This document shows, in pieces, positions 13,478 through 26,815 of a stretch of DNA of 64,000 nt. Position 1 is the stretch's first letter, and the number at the start of each line of letters is the position of its first letter. The DNA lies in NCBI GenBank assembly GCA_000165425.1, contig CT868034.1, positions 124,001-188,000 of the forward strand. Direction: 5' to 3'. Made by a program: the position numbers and the translations under genes. The notes beneath the pieces are model-generated. The model saw only the letters and a list, made by a program, of their open reading frames with translations. It was not told the origin of the DNA and ran no database searches. This DNA comes from Paramecium tetraurelia (Eukaryota).

Positions 13478-14392
13478 TCATTTTTTTAGGTATATCAATC
13501 CAAAATGATTGGCAGATATCAAACCAACTATGTTATCGTAAATTTACATATTGTCTATGGTGTATTCTTTGCGAATTTAATATTGCTTTAAATGAGTATC
13601 CATTTCAATGATTTCAACATTGCCTTCTTGACAAGCTGAAATAATAAGTGAGTTCATCAACCAGTCAGCATTTGATATAATGTCTTAACATCTAATTCTT
13701 TGGCAGGTTTATTGTATTTGCCTTGTATCGTATAAATCGATGATACCGTTTTCTTGATCGATGGCCATTACATAAGAGTTGTCAAATTTATTATAATTGA
13801 TTTTGCTATATTTTAGTGATTGTCTGGTTTAGAAGGGGAAAATTTAATTAAGTCTTACATCAAAGCGAAAGAGTCCATTCTTATTGGTAATTAGCGATCC
13901 AACATTCCCATCAGCACTTAGACTCAAGTCATAGATTTCTTGATTCTGGAAGACTTAGGTTTGGGAGAGAACCTTTTGAGTGTTGATGTCCCATATAGTT
14001 AGAATTGAATTGATGGAACCAGAAATAATCTTTTGATTATCAACGTTGTCGAAACAAGAAGTCACTTCATTGGATTGAAGATCGACAAGATGATCAATTT
14101 TGTTTTTAGAATACTTGAAGATTTGGAAACTTTCACCTGCAACAACTATTAACTCATTAAGCAACATTAATTGAATAACAAATTTGGAATCAAGATTGAT
14201 TTAAGATTTTTTCTACAAATTATCATCCTTATTTGACAACACTTTTTTAATATTAATCATACCCAATAATTCTTAGGTGCCTTCCCCAAATGTAGACAAT
14301 GCAATCACGGTTTCTTAATCATACTATTTCAATGAACAACCATACAATTCTTTACTATGAATAAACATATAACTATTAATAATACAGTTCAT
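13478..14392 (-). CDS. WD40-repeat protein, divergent DCAF7/AN11-like
   Basis: ISGSINSILTIWDINTQK...EIYDLSL...FRFDVR...YNKFDNSY...DLYDTR; one 21-nt intron; repeat order resembles DCAF7/WDR68. Confidence 0.7.
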
Positions 14393-14729
14393 AATTTAAT
14401 CGAATAAAAACATTAATAATATTTGCTATTTACATTGAATCAGATATTTAACTCAGAGGGTTTGGCTAATAAATTAAGAATCATTTATTATCTGTCTTTT
14501 TGCATTCTCTTAAAATAATTATCTATCATAGTTTTGTTTAATAATGTGATCAAATTATTTGATATTTAAAATTGATCGTTTTCCTTATATTCTTTATTCA
14601 ATTCTGCATTATATGCTCCCATTTCCTCTTATTTATTTTTGACATTAGCTTTGCTTCTAATATTTACATATATATATAATTTATAAGTAGATTTATTTAT
14701 AAAATTTGCACTTTATATATTCATTCAAT

Positions 14730-15400
14730 ATTTTACTAGATGCTCCATTAGCTTGGCTTTAGTATTATATTTAGCTATGAATATTAATTTCTACAATTTT
14801 CAGGTCTATTTTAATAAAAATTATAAATCTAGTAATTGTTTTCTAAATAGAGTTTTTGTACTCCTTCAAATTCTTTTATTATTAAACTGATATTTAAATA
14901 AGGATTGACTGCATGATATACATCATGTCAATGTTCATTTCCAAGTGAGGTTTTAATTTATTGGGTAGTAAAGCATAGTTTTATATTAACTGGCTATTGT
15001 ATCAGAGTTGATAGATGTCTAAATTATAACTTCATTTGCCAGCTTAAACACATAGTTTAATCCATTTGATGATTATTAAATGGTTTGAGATTGAGTTCTT
15101 GGAGCAGATCTGAGGGTGAATATTTGAACTGATAAGTTTGATACAGTAATTTTATACAGCTGATTGTTGTTAATCAAGTTTAAGACGCTGTCTAAGGTAT
15201 CTTAGAATAATAAGAAATGGCTAAGCATTTGGGAATGCAAAATTGAATATGTTTTTAACTAAGGCAATTTAAATTCATTAGATTAAGGAATTATACAGTT
15301 ACAATTTAAGGAGTTACTTTTGCGAAGGCACCTATATATATTATGGAATTTATGTTGAATTGGGATATGAGCAGTTGAAATTTAAGAGAGGGGAGGAGAG
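14730..15400 (-). pseudogene. Possible degraded or hypothetical coding segment
   Basis: Protein-like frame YQTYQFKYSPSDLLQELNLKPF...KEFEGVQKLYLENNY interrupted by TGA; no clear start; boundaries approximate. Confidence 0.25.
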
Positions 15401-15630
15401 GTGTAGATTTTTGATTTTCGAGTTTAAGGGGATAGAATAAAATATATTAATAAAATAACAAAAAGAAACACTAAATAAGGGGATTTTTAAAAAAAATTAA
15501 AAAAGATACGACACATACTTAAATTGTAAATACCATAAAGTTAAAAAGTTAAATTAAGGAAGGGGGAGGTGTGCTGGGAATGACGAATCTTTTTAGTTAA
15601 AGATCAAAATTTAAATATAAAAGAAGCAGA

Positions 15631-18615
15631 ATGTCTGGACAACCTCATTACAAGTAAGAAAGCATTCCAATATTTAGTTTTCTGAATGTGCCGAATTTTG
15701 GCATGTTGAATCCTTAAAATACTCAGATATCTTAAGTGTACGAGAAGGCTATTAAAGAGGCTGTGAATAGTGTGCATTTATAAAAATTAGGAAAAAAACA
15801 ACTATAATAAATTGCAAAAGAACTGAATATACCTGAAAAAAAAAAAAAAGAAGAAATTATTAGCTCAATTCCTACACAACTTCTACAATTTTTGATATAA
15901 GTTGATCCTTCAAGACCTGTGGAATAGCTTCTTCAACACCAACCAAACCTTCAAAACAACGAGAGCATAGTGGCCATCTTAAAGAAATTTTAAGGAAGCA
16001 TAATCAATAGAGCACAATCATTCCCATAACAACCACAAATGCAGCGAGCCATTCCATAAATCCTGGCAAATCCATACATGAACTATGTATTGAATTCATT
16101 TAAAATTTAAGATGGTCCTCCCATAAGCATAGCAATAGCAACAATTATTACAATACAATCCATTAATGAATATGAATCTCTATCAATAACAGATGAGATA
16201 AAATACCCCACAATAATTTTACTATCAATATAACAGTATGCATTCTACATTATTTAGATCAATGGAATGAATCCATTACAATTCCATAAACAGAAATTTA
16301 ACAACTCCTCATGTGTCCATGTAAGTAAGAAAATTCATTTATTCCTAGAATCATTCCCGCCAAAAGAGTTACTAATGAGGAAGTTAAATGCATTAATTGC
16401 GATAACAAACTTCATATTTCCTGTATGAAATTGTAGCCCAACGATGTCAAGATGTTCGAATGTCCAGTTTGCATTCTCAGCAAAATTGACCCACTCAATC
16501 AAATTATAAAAGTTCTTGCTAAACCAACCCTGATGAATGCTAATTCAAGCACACTCAGTTTCATGCTTACTGCTGAAGAATTCCAGTATCACCTTTTTAT
16601 ATATGCATAGTCAATTATAAGATCGCTCATTTTAATACTAAGTAGAATTGAGATCAATTAGACTTGATGCTAAATACATGAATGAAATTACTTGGCCTGA
16701 TTTCTGTGAAATCTCAATCAATCAGCAACGTCTTGTGGAACTAAAACCACTTAAATCAAATAGCAGTCTAAAAAAAAGAAAGGACGAAATTCAGATCATT
16801 CCCTTCCAGCATAACAATATTACTCTCTCCATCAAATAAGGCTACAATCAAATCATAATCAAAGATGGACAAAATTTCCAAGAACCCAAAGCATAGTTTA
16901 AATTGTGCGAAGAGTATAACCTTATTATTAATATATTAGTGGAGTCTATGCACAAGCCATTTACTTGACAAAGAAGAGACCACATTAAGAATTGATCAAT
17001 CAGATTAAATAAAATAAAGAGTGTCTTAAAACTAAGGAAGAGTGTATACAACTCATTTAAAAAGCATGTGTGGCTGAAAAGACGGATAATGATGTTCAAA
17101 TTGATAAAATCACCATCAAAGTTTCACTCAAGTGTCAATTTGATTCTCAAATGATCTAGACTCCTGCTAGAGGAAAGTTTTGTGCACATGTCTAATGTTT
17201 CTCTCTTGAAAATACCATCACTATTAATGCTGGTACATCAAAGAAGTGGAAATGCCCTGTTTGCAAGAAAAAGATTTTTGATATCATGATCGATTAGTAT
17301 TAATTGCAATTATTGGAACAATATAGAAATAACAAAGAAAACATTAAGGAAGTCGTTTTTGATTAAAATGTATTTTATTTATTCCATCTCTAGGGTGAAA
17401 TAGTGTAAGAGATCAAAGAAGAATTGGAAGAGTCTGAAGAAGAATAAGTTAGTATCAATAAGCAGAATCAATTAGAAGAATAACAAAAACAAGCACTTTA
17501 ATAGTTGGCAGATCCAACGCTTCTACGACTCATTATGATGAACCCTACAACTCTGATTTAGATGCAATTGTATTAAAAACAAATGGGCTAAATTTCGGTC
17601 CTGTAGTAACAACAACAAATTTAATAATAACAGATGTAGCATAAAGAGAAGAATGAAAATGTCAACACTTATTAAAATAAGTCATAGTTAAAATAATTAG
17701 TTGAATCAAATTTATCTAATATTGAAGGGAAGTAAAATTCATTACAATAATTATTGTCTCAATAGACAATTACAAAGCCTAAATTCATAAAATTTAAAAA
17801 ATTTGAAGCTTGGTTAGATGAAGTATCTTAATAAGAGCTTGCTTAAAAGAATTTAGAAAAACAGATAAATGATCAAATAAACGAAGATTAATAAAATTTA
17901 GAACAAAATTAATCCTAATAATAATAAGATTCATAATAATTGGAAAAGTAATAATAATAATAATTACAATCCGAATAATAGTAGTCAATCTAATAACAAC
18001 AATAATAATAATTATTATAATAGCAATAATAACAACAACAACAACAATAATAACAATAATAATAATAATAATAACAATTATAAGCTACACATCAAGAAAA
18101 TGATAAACCAACATAAAAATCTAATAGATTGAAAGAAAGAATGGTTAGAGTAATAAAAAAATAATTTTCTGAATTTATTAGAAAGAATTTTGCTAACAAT
18201 GTAAATGTTTCTGCTGAGAACAATGTTAAAAATCCTTAATAGACATAATAATAATAATAAAGTGCCACTAAAAAATATATCTATAAACTTTCTGAAGAGA
18301 AACCTAAAATTAATACTACTACTCAATTCACAAAAATGTTGGCTGATCAGATCATTATGCAAAATCCTGGTCAAATTGAAAAACAGCATGAAGATTTGAA
18401 ATCTTTTGGGGAGGAGTAATTAAAATCATTATAAGCTTTTCTCCCTTAAGGGTTTACTAATCCATAATCTGTATTTTAATAATAAATAGTCAATTAAAAA
18501 TAATCCGATTCTAATGCTTAGATTTAAAAAGTATTAAGTAATTAGAATCCAACCCTTGTTGGATAACAACCATAACCATAATAATAATAATAACAACAAC
18601 AACAACAATAATAAC

Positions 18616-18658
<43 letters not shown>

Positions 18659-18800
18659 GTAATAATAGTAATAATAGTAATAAGTTCCTTAATAAAAAAT
18701 GAAAGAAAAATCTTTACAAAAAATAAAATCTCCTCAACCCAGTGCCAGCCTTGAGGATAAAAATGGAAAAAATATGGATAATCCAATTTGCATAGATTGA
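15631..18800 (+). CDS. SIZ/PIAS-type SUMO E3 ligase (PHD-like finger, PINIT-like region, SP-RING, polyQ tail)
   Basis: CINCDNKLHISC...FECPVC; VELRSIRLD...[47 protein letters not shown]...KWKCPVC; several tiny introns; ends NMDNPICID-TGA. Confidence 0.88.
17990..18080 (+). repeat. (TAA/CAA)n polyglutamine tract
   Basis: Trinucleotide array read as polyQ in code 6 inside the SIZ-like gene. Confidence 0.85.
18563..18684 (+). repeat. (TAA/CAA/TAG)n polyglutamine tract
   Basis: Second polyQ array near the C-terminus of the SIZ-like gene. Confidence 0.85.
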
Positions 18801-19415
18801 TCATAATACATTTTTTTTTTACAAAAATTAAATTAAATAAATATCATTATTAAATTAATATAAAATAGTTTTCTAATCAATTTTTGTCAAAAATTTTTAG
18901 AATTTTTCACTAGATATGAAAAGTAGAAGAAAACATAAAGAATAAATTCTGTGATCTAAATTATAATTTTTTGATTCCTTTAAATTTTTTTATATTAAAA
19001 TAATACCATCATTATTTTGAATTATATTCTTAAAGATCAAATGGTGAATCTGTTTTAGAGTAAAAATTAAATATTTTCTGCTAATTTAATTCTAGAAGAA
19101 GTAAAATGCTTTGAATTATGACCAAAGATTAAAACTCGAATTATGAATATGCACTAGTCTTCTTAATAAATTTTATAATGATACTCAAAATTCATTTTAT
19201 GACAATTGACAGATTTTATTCTTTCACAGGTTAATTTTTGAACAAACTAGATAGTTTATATCAATCTGAAGAATCTTCAAATTTCAACCTTGTCAACATA
19301 TTTAAATATTACTATTTTTCATAATTTAATTTGAAGATTCAAAATGAGCAAATAGTTTAAGGAAAAATCAATAAATTATTTTTTCAAACTAATAAATAAA
19401 GGCTTCTACGATGAA

Positions 19416-21012
19416 TATATAATTATATATAAAATATAAGAGATATTAATAATTTTGAGTCTTAAATTGATTGATTGAATAATAATAATTTCAACAAAAT
19501 AATTTATTTTCTTCAATACTGAATATTTTTTATTGTAAAAACTTGGTTGTTAATGAGTTGATTAGACTATTGATTTTGAATACATTGTCATCAGTTCTTA
19601 ATTCACCAATTAATACCATTTCAGCAGCAATTAAATAAGTAAGATCAACTGGATAAGCATGATCTAAACCTTTGATTTTATGATGTTCAATAGATGTATT
19701 AAAATCTAAAAAGTCCTTTAGTAATTTAGGATCAAAACATTCTTATTTAACTCTAATTTTATCTTTACTAAGAATCAAAGTCTTAGATTTCACTTATTTA
19801 TGCATTTATTCTTAAGTAAATGGGAATAACCATGGATCATAAGCAATAACATTATTAACATCGACTTCTTAAGCAACACTAAGAACAGTTGCACCTCCAA
19901 ATGAATGACCAATTAAATTAATTGATAATGGTTTAAAATCAAAGAATACATCTTTAATTTGATTTGAATTCAATGTATTAATTAATTATTAAACTTGTTC
20001 AGTTCTCCATTCTAAATGAGCTGCTCTAACTTTTTAATATTTTTCAATTGTTTCTGGATAATTACCTGTATTATACATTTTAGTTCCTTTAGTATCCCAA
20101 GGATATACTAAATCATAATGTTATAATGAAAATACAACATATCCTTCACTTGCTAATTATTAACATAATGCTGTATATGCATTTCTATGTTATGAAAATC
20201 CATGACTAAATATAATTACATCTAATTCTGTATTTAATAATGGTTATTCAACACTTGCTGTAAAATTAATGAAACTATATTTAAATATATTAATTACTTT
20301 AAGAAACCTAATCCAATATCAAATACCCATTCAGATGGAACCCATTTAGTTTATAAAACAGATATTTCATACAATTATTTAGCAAATTTATTATTAGGTA
20401 ACCATTTATATTTAATATCTTCTTATTTATTATCAGCACATGGATAATAAACAGATGTATCAGTTGATAAACTATCATTTAATTTGATTTATTTATAACA
20501 AGTTCTATATTTACCTGTTGTCTTTGGAAATTCATAAACAGGATAACTTATTAAAGTCCAAATATATAAAATAGTTAATACAGCTGCTACTTAACATAAT
20601 ATTTTATCTGCAAATTACAATGCCTATTAATATAAAATGATCGAATACTCTATCAAAAAAGAAGAATGTATATGCTGCCATAATAAGAATTGAATTAAAT
20701 CTAAATCCTTCAAAAAAGTATTTCAATATTAACCATATACATAATCCAAAGAATCCAAATAAATCAAAATATGAATTATGATTAGCATGACTATTTCTAT
20801 TCAATTTATTTATTAATTATACTTTTTCACAGGTCCAACATTATCTAAATCCACTAATTTTTATTGAATTGGAAATATCACTGATTACATTTCGATCAAA
20901 ATACAGAATACAACATGAGCAGCCAATATAAATTCGAATATAAACACCTTTCTCATATATTAAATATTTATTATTTTTAATAATCAAATCAATTATCATT
21001 AGATATAATTGT
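19416..21012. repeat. ~1.6 kb direct duplication, copy 1 (copy 2 at 37166-38762)
   Basis: Colinear at offset 17750; about seven substitutions seen by eye; flanks unrelated. Confidence 0.95.
19491..20956 (-). CDS. PAF-acetylhydrolase-like alpha/beta hydrolase with N-terminal TM helices, copy 1
   Basis: PVYEFPKTTGKY, IFSHGFS.HRNAYTALCQQLASEGYVVFSLQH, nucleophile GHSFGG, YDPW, GLDHAYPVD; one 23-nt intron. Confidence 0.88.
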
Positions 21013-21200
21013 ATTCGAAATTAATCTCAAAACAATATTTCACTTTTTAATTCATTTAAGATTAGCTTTCATAAATTATTGAATGTATTTTTACTGTGTT
21101 TGATTCGAAATGGTTGGATTTTATATATATAGAATCTTATGATTATTATTAATATAACAACCTTTTTAATTAATTAATTCAAATTCAAAAAAATAGAAAA

Positions 21201-24200
21201 ATGGACTTCATTATAAAAATTGGAATAGATGGTCATCAATTCCTTTTAACACTTTAAGCAGAGAATAAACGGTATTAATTGCATAAGATTTTAGATTACA
21301 ATATCTGTAAGAATAAATTTAGATTGAAACAAAAGTTGAAGTGAAGAATTAATTACTTTTAACAAAGAAAGGAGTCAAATTGGAAGATTTAAATTAATTT
21401 GATGTTGATCAATAATTGCAATAAACAGTGTAATAGTTTCCAGATGAAAAAAAATTTTATGTAATATACAAATAATATTGGAATAGACCATATATTTATT
21501 TGATCTAAGCGAAAACCCTGAACAAGTTGTTTACCCATTTCCAAAATATGAACCTAAAATGGACCTTAAATAGTTGTTACTTTCAGAACAAGCAAAAGAA
21601 ACTCTTATTAATTTGAACTCGAACATAATTAATCATGAGAAAATATTCTTTTAGCATTTACAAAATTTGAAGAATAAATACATACCTTATTAGTAAAAGG
21701 TCAAACAATTGGAAAAGATTGGATAAGATTTGGAAAATCAAATTTAATCCTTTGATATTGTATTAAAAATGAGTAGAACTACTTATAAGAACACCAAAGC
21801 CAAGAAAGAGGAGTTGACAAAAAAATAAAAAGAATCTTTGGAAAGAAATCTGTAAACGGTTAAGAAATTTGACGACAGTTTAGAGTAACTAAAAAAAATA
21901 GAATTGCATGCTGCATTACAAACAAATTCACAAAAATATTTAAGTGACATTTATTACAAACCAGAATCAATGCTTAAATGGAAAAATAGTTGTTTAAATA
22001 CTTAATAAAATTTAAAACAAAAAATTGATAAACTTAATTAAGCAATTTCCAAATCAAAATAAAAGATAAAGAACGAAAAAACAGAAAACATGACTCAATG
22101 TTTATCAAGCTACAAAGCAAATTAACAATAATACTAATAATTCATATAAGAAAATAAATCATTATTGCAATCTGTAGTCTAATCCACTATTGATGGTAAA
22201 TGTATTTTTAATAATTAGAATACAATACTTTAAGACAATATATGATTGATTTTTCATAGGACATTAACGATGAACCAGCTATGTATTATTTATCTTAATT
22301 TGAATTATCTTAAGAGCAAATGAAATAATTTGAGGATGCAGTTACTCATATCGGTGATCATTTAGAAAAAAGTATTGATATTTAAATAATCTTAGCTAAA
22401 TAAGTATTTATGTAATTCACGTAATTAAAATAATAGAATATGTCTAAGATTTTGAAGGTATTTTAAAACTTAAGAGCTCTTGACAAAGAATTTGAATAAC
22501 ATAATGAAAAAATAAAATAATATGATGAGGAAGTGGAAAAAATGGAGAAAGACTTTTCGTATCTTTTGAATCCTGTTTTATTACCATAAGCTTACTAATA
22601 AGCTTTAATAGAAACAAGCAGAAGGAAAGAATTTAGAGATATTTTCGATAAGAAAATAAAATCATTAATGTCATTAATAGATCAAGAAAAGGACAAAAGG
22701 AAAAAATTCTTATAGTAGTATGGTAGGATATTGCCATAAGATTTTATTGGATAACTAAAAAATTTGACTCCATCAATCCAGATTATTAATGCCTTTGCGG
22801 ATGCTGAATTGCCAAACATAACTGGTTTACACACTGACACATTTAAGAAAAGATAAGATAATGATCTTGATTAATTAAAATAATAAATAGAAGACTTGAA
22901 TTAGCAATGCAAGCAAACTCATCTTTTTTATTAAGAGAAAACCACTAAGAAATCTTCAACCTATATTGATTTACTCTAATTGACTGCCAAGAATTCAATG
23001 AAGATGTTCATTTAAAGGGCTGAAAATAAACCATTATCATCAATTGATATCAATACTGATAAATCCTAAAGAGAAAATGATTCAAAACTAATAAACTTGA
23101 AGAATGAATTTAGTGAATAATTAAATAATCAGAAACAAGAATAAGAAAAATTGAAAATAAAACTATAGAAGTAAGAGTAAGATTTTGAGTCCAAATTAGT
23201 GGAAATTGATAATAAAAATAATATCATTACAGAACTTTAGTAGAAAATAGAATCCCTCTAAAATAACACTGTAAAATTAAAGGACGATTTAAATAAATAT
23301 GTAGGTAAATGTGAGAATTTAGAAATTAATTTAATTTAAAAGAATAGTGAAATTTCTAAATTACAATAATTGTAGAAATAACTCAATGATCAATTAACTT
23401 AATCTAAACAAATATAATAAGATTTAATTAAACACAAATAGTCAATCTAATAATAATGCGAAACTCAAAATGATCAAATTAATGAATTAGACTTGTTAAA
23501 TAAATAATATTTACAGTAGGTGTAGGATTATTATGATTAAGTAGAAACTCTTTAAAACGAGAGTGAAAAGTTGAAATCGAAACTTAAGATGGTCGAATTA
23601 GAAAGGGATAATAAATAAATTGAATTGGAAAAACAAATATAAGTCTACAATGAATTATTAGAAGATTATCTAGAAAAGAATTCCTAATTGGATAATTTGA
23701 ATTAAGACTAAAATGAATAGGTATAAAAGGACTTGAAATTAGAAGAAGATCAAAAGGCTCTTTAAAACAAAATAGACAATTTGGATTTAGCCTTACAACA
23801 GAAAAATAATGATTTAATTTTGATGAAAAATCACGATTAATTGCAATTATTGAAAGCACAAGATGATTTTAAAGAAATACAACTATAATATGAGGATAAA
23901 ATTAATTCTTTAACTTAAGAAAATTTGGATATGACAATTCAGATTCAATCCTTAAAAGGTTAGATTGACTATTTGAATCAAAAACAGAAATCGGAGAATA
24001 TTATTGAAGTACAATAAAAACTCAAATTATCCGATCCCTAATTTTAATTTGATTTATCTACAATTCAAATTGGCAAATAGAGTATTTTCATTCCTGCTTA
24101 AAATGATGTTTATGTTCCTTTATTACTAAAAAATATCTAGGTTTCAAATATATCTGATGACTCCTTGTCAAACACTAGCATAGATTCATCAATAAAATAA

Positions 24201-24417
24201 AAATTATATAGAGTTTAATTAACTTCAATCCCATAAACATTAAGAGAATTCATTATGTATTTTTATATATATTTTTAGGGATACTGGTTTATTATTCATT
24301 TCAGAAGTTAGTAATATCACTGAAACAGAAGAGTACTTTTAGATTAGTGTGAAATAACCGAATTATATAATAGGATTTGAAGGTTAGGATAACTAGATCA
24401 AAAGTTTTACTCTATGA
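21201..24417 (+). CDS. ATG11: ATG11/FIP200(RB1CC1)-like autophagy scaffold
   Basis: Ubiquitin-like N-terminus (LQEQIQIETKVEVKNQLLLTKKGVKL..IYLFD), motif LPQAYQQALIETSRRKEF...EKDKRKKFLQQYGRILP, long coiled coil, claw-like tail (IQIGKQSIFIP...YVP). Confidence 0.7.
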
Positions 24418-24779
24418 AAAATAATTAATCTTCAATAATTATATATAGAATTATAATATCTTTTAAGTTTACATAAAGTAGGAGCAACACATTACAATAT
24501 TCTTTGTAATGTGTCTCAAAATAATTTTTAGCTTTGTTATATGAAAATTGAAAGAAATAAAAGGAATGATGACAAATGCTAATAATTATCCTCCTAGTGA
24601 AAGTGATTCTTGATCAAATATTTATCAATTAGTTACAATTTTGAATAGTTGAGAATAGTACTCTAAAATACCATAGAAAAAATTAAAAGCTAAATTTCAG
24701 AACGGAGACAGGAAAAAGTTTTGGAAAATAGAATATCATTATTAAAGTTTATTTTTAAGGCGAATAATTCTTAAAAAAT

Positions 24780-26232
24780 GAATTCATTTAAAAAAATCGA
24801 TAATTAGAAATTTTAATTTTGATATTTTTTTGCAATTATTGTTAAAGTAAATAATCATTTTATAGGATTTTGTTCAGATTCCTTTAAAATAGTTAGATTT
24901 ATAAAATTTTTGACCTTCCATTGGCATTAAAATTTATTAATAAATTGAATTTTGTTTTTCTATTATCTGAGATTAAATTTTATTATATTATACAATTTAT
25001 GGGAGGAGGATCATCTCCAGCTACAAGGCTTATTATAGCAAATAAAAGAACAGAATTAGTTAGTTTTTACGACATAGATAAACCAGCAACTTAATCTCAT
25101 TGATCCTTTAGAGCTTCAGAAGAGACTGCAATAGATAATTTTATTTAATATAATAAAGAGAAACAAAATTGCTAAAATATCACTTTGTACTGAATAAATT
25201 CCAATAAATGATCTATCATTTTTCTTAATATATGAATACCTTGATTTATCACCAAAAAGATGTTTTGGTTATAGAATTCATTAGGCGCAATAATAGAATA
25301 CAAAAACTCATCAACCGCTTCAATCTCAAAGGAGACTAAATTAAAAAAAATTTTAAGCTTTAGCACTTAATTATGACATATCTCAATAAAAATAATAATT
25401 CAAAATTCCTTTGAAAAATTACAGTAATCTTAATCAATACAAAAAGACGAAGTGCCCAGCCCGAATCAAAATATAATTGAAGGGGATGATTAGAAATAAA
25501 TGAAATCTTATTTTCTATCAAATTTAATCAAACATATTCAATAAAAATATAAAGAAGTTAAAAATTAAGTCAATTAATTGTAAAAAGGAATGGAAAATAA
25601 TATTTAAGAGTTGAAGTTTAAAAATAATTAATTGGAAAATGAAAACAATGATTTGAGATATAATATTTAAGATCTGAAGTGCATAAATGACACAATATAA
25701 GAAGAATACAATATGATAAAATAATATAATGAAGAATTGCAGCATAAGAATAAAACTTTAGAAAATGAATTATAAAAATATTTGATTAAGAATGATGTAT
25801 CCTACTGTTTAAACTAATAAAAATAATTAATTTAAGTAGTACCCTTCAATTATTTTAAATAATAAATCCTAAAGTATTGAAAAGTAGTAAGAATTGTAAA
25901 ACGAATGTGGACATTATATAGAAGAAGAAAGAATTTAAAATATTTTAAAAGAATCACTCTAAAATAAAACAATAGCCTATTGTGACTAATGCAAAATAAC
26001 AAAATTTTCAGGTCAAATTTTAATCAAGATGGAGTCTCACGGCTGGGTCTATAAAGATTTTTAGGCTAATTAGGAAATCATTAGTTAATGATAAATCTTA
26101 AATCATAAAAAAAATAAATGCTTAATTAATAATTGTGACTTCTTTTGTATTTTTGATAATCAATTTAAATACCTGCTTAAGATTACTTTTGCCCCACATG
26201 TTGTCTTAAAAGCATAAAGGTAAGTTAAATGA
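24780..26232 (+). pseudogene. Disrupted coiled-coil plus Cys-rich (RING/IBR-like) gene
   Basis: Coding-like frames (WEEDHLQLQGLLQQIKE..., YCDQCK..., KCLINNCDFFC...YFCPTCC) broken by frameshifts and TGA; start uncertain. Confidence 0.4.
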
Positions 26233-26815
26233 ATATTATAAATTTTTATAGGAAGTTTCTAAATTTAATTAAGTTTTTCTTTGAATTTTAAAGTTAAAAT
26301 TAAATTAGAAATTTTTATTCTCAAATTTAGAGTTAGCTTAGAGAATAAGATATTAAAATAACCAATAAAAGATTTTTTTAAATAATAACCAATTTTAAAT
26401 ATAATCACGTTAAACCAAAGTGGTTGAACGAAAGTAACCAAATTAATTTCTTTTTATATTATTAACTTTAATCAAATTGATTCCTAGTCTAAATCACCTT
26501 TTTCAAGACCAAGTTAAGTATGCAAATTAAATCCACACATAGATCTCTGTTTATTGTTATTTTATATGCCTATTTATATCCAGCAACTATCTTATTCCCT
26601 TAAATGGACAAAAGTAGTAGGCTCATAATTAAATTATGTGATGTATAATAAAATACTATATATTCTCTTCAATAACTAATATACTAATAGTGAATACTTA
26701 GATTCTTTTTAAATGCTATACAAAATTTCAATATAATTCTATATTTATGCTCAATTATTAGAAATATATATATCCTTAATATATAATTATTAAAAATACA
26801 AAAATAAAGCTAAAA

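Noticed and set aside
15385..15580. G/purine-rich patches upstream of the SIZ-like gene as a G-quadruplex or ncRNA
   Set aside because: Too few G-runs and no stable fold evident
17794..18804. Minus-strand poly-Ile ORFs in the supplied track
   Set aside because: Antisense shadows of polyQ tracts in the SIZ-like gene
18900..19415. Coding-like remnant beside lipase copy 1
   Set aside because: Interrupted by TGA, with no start or family motif; cannot be supported
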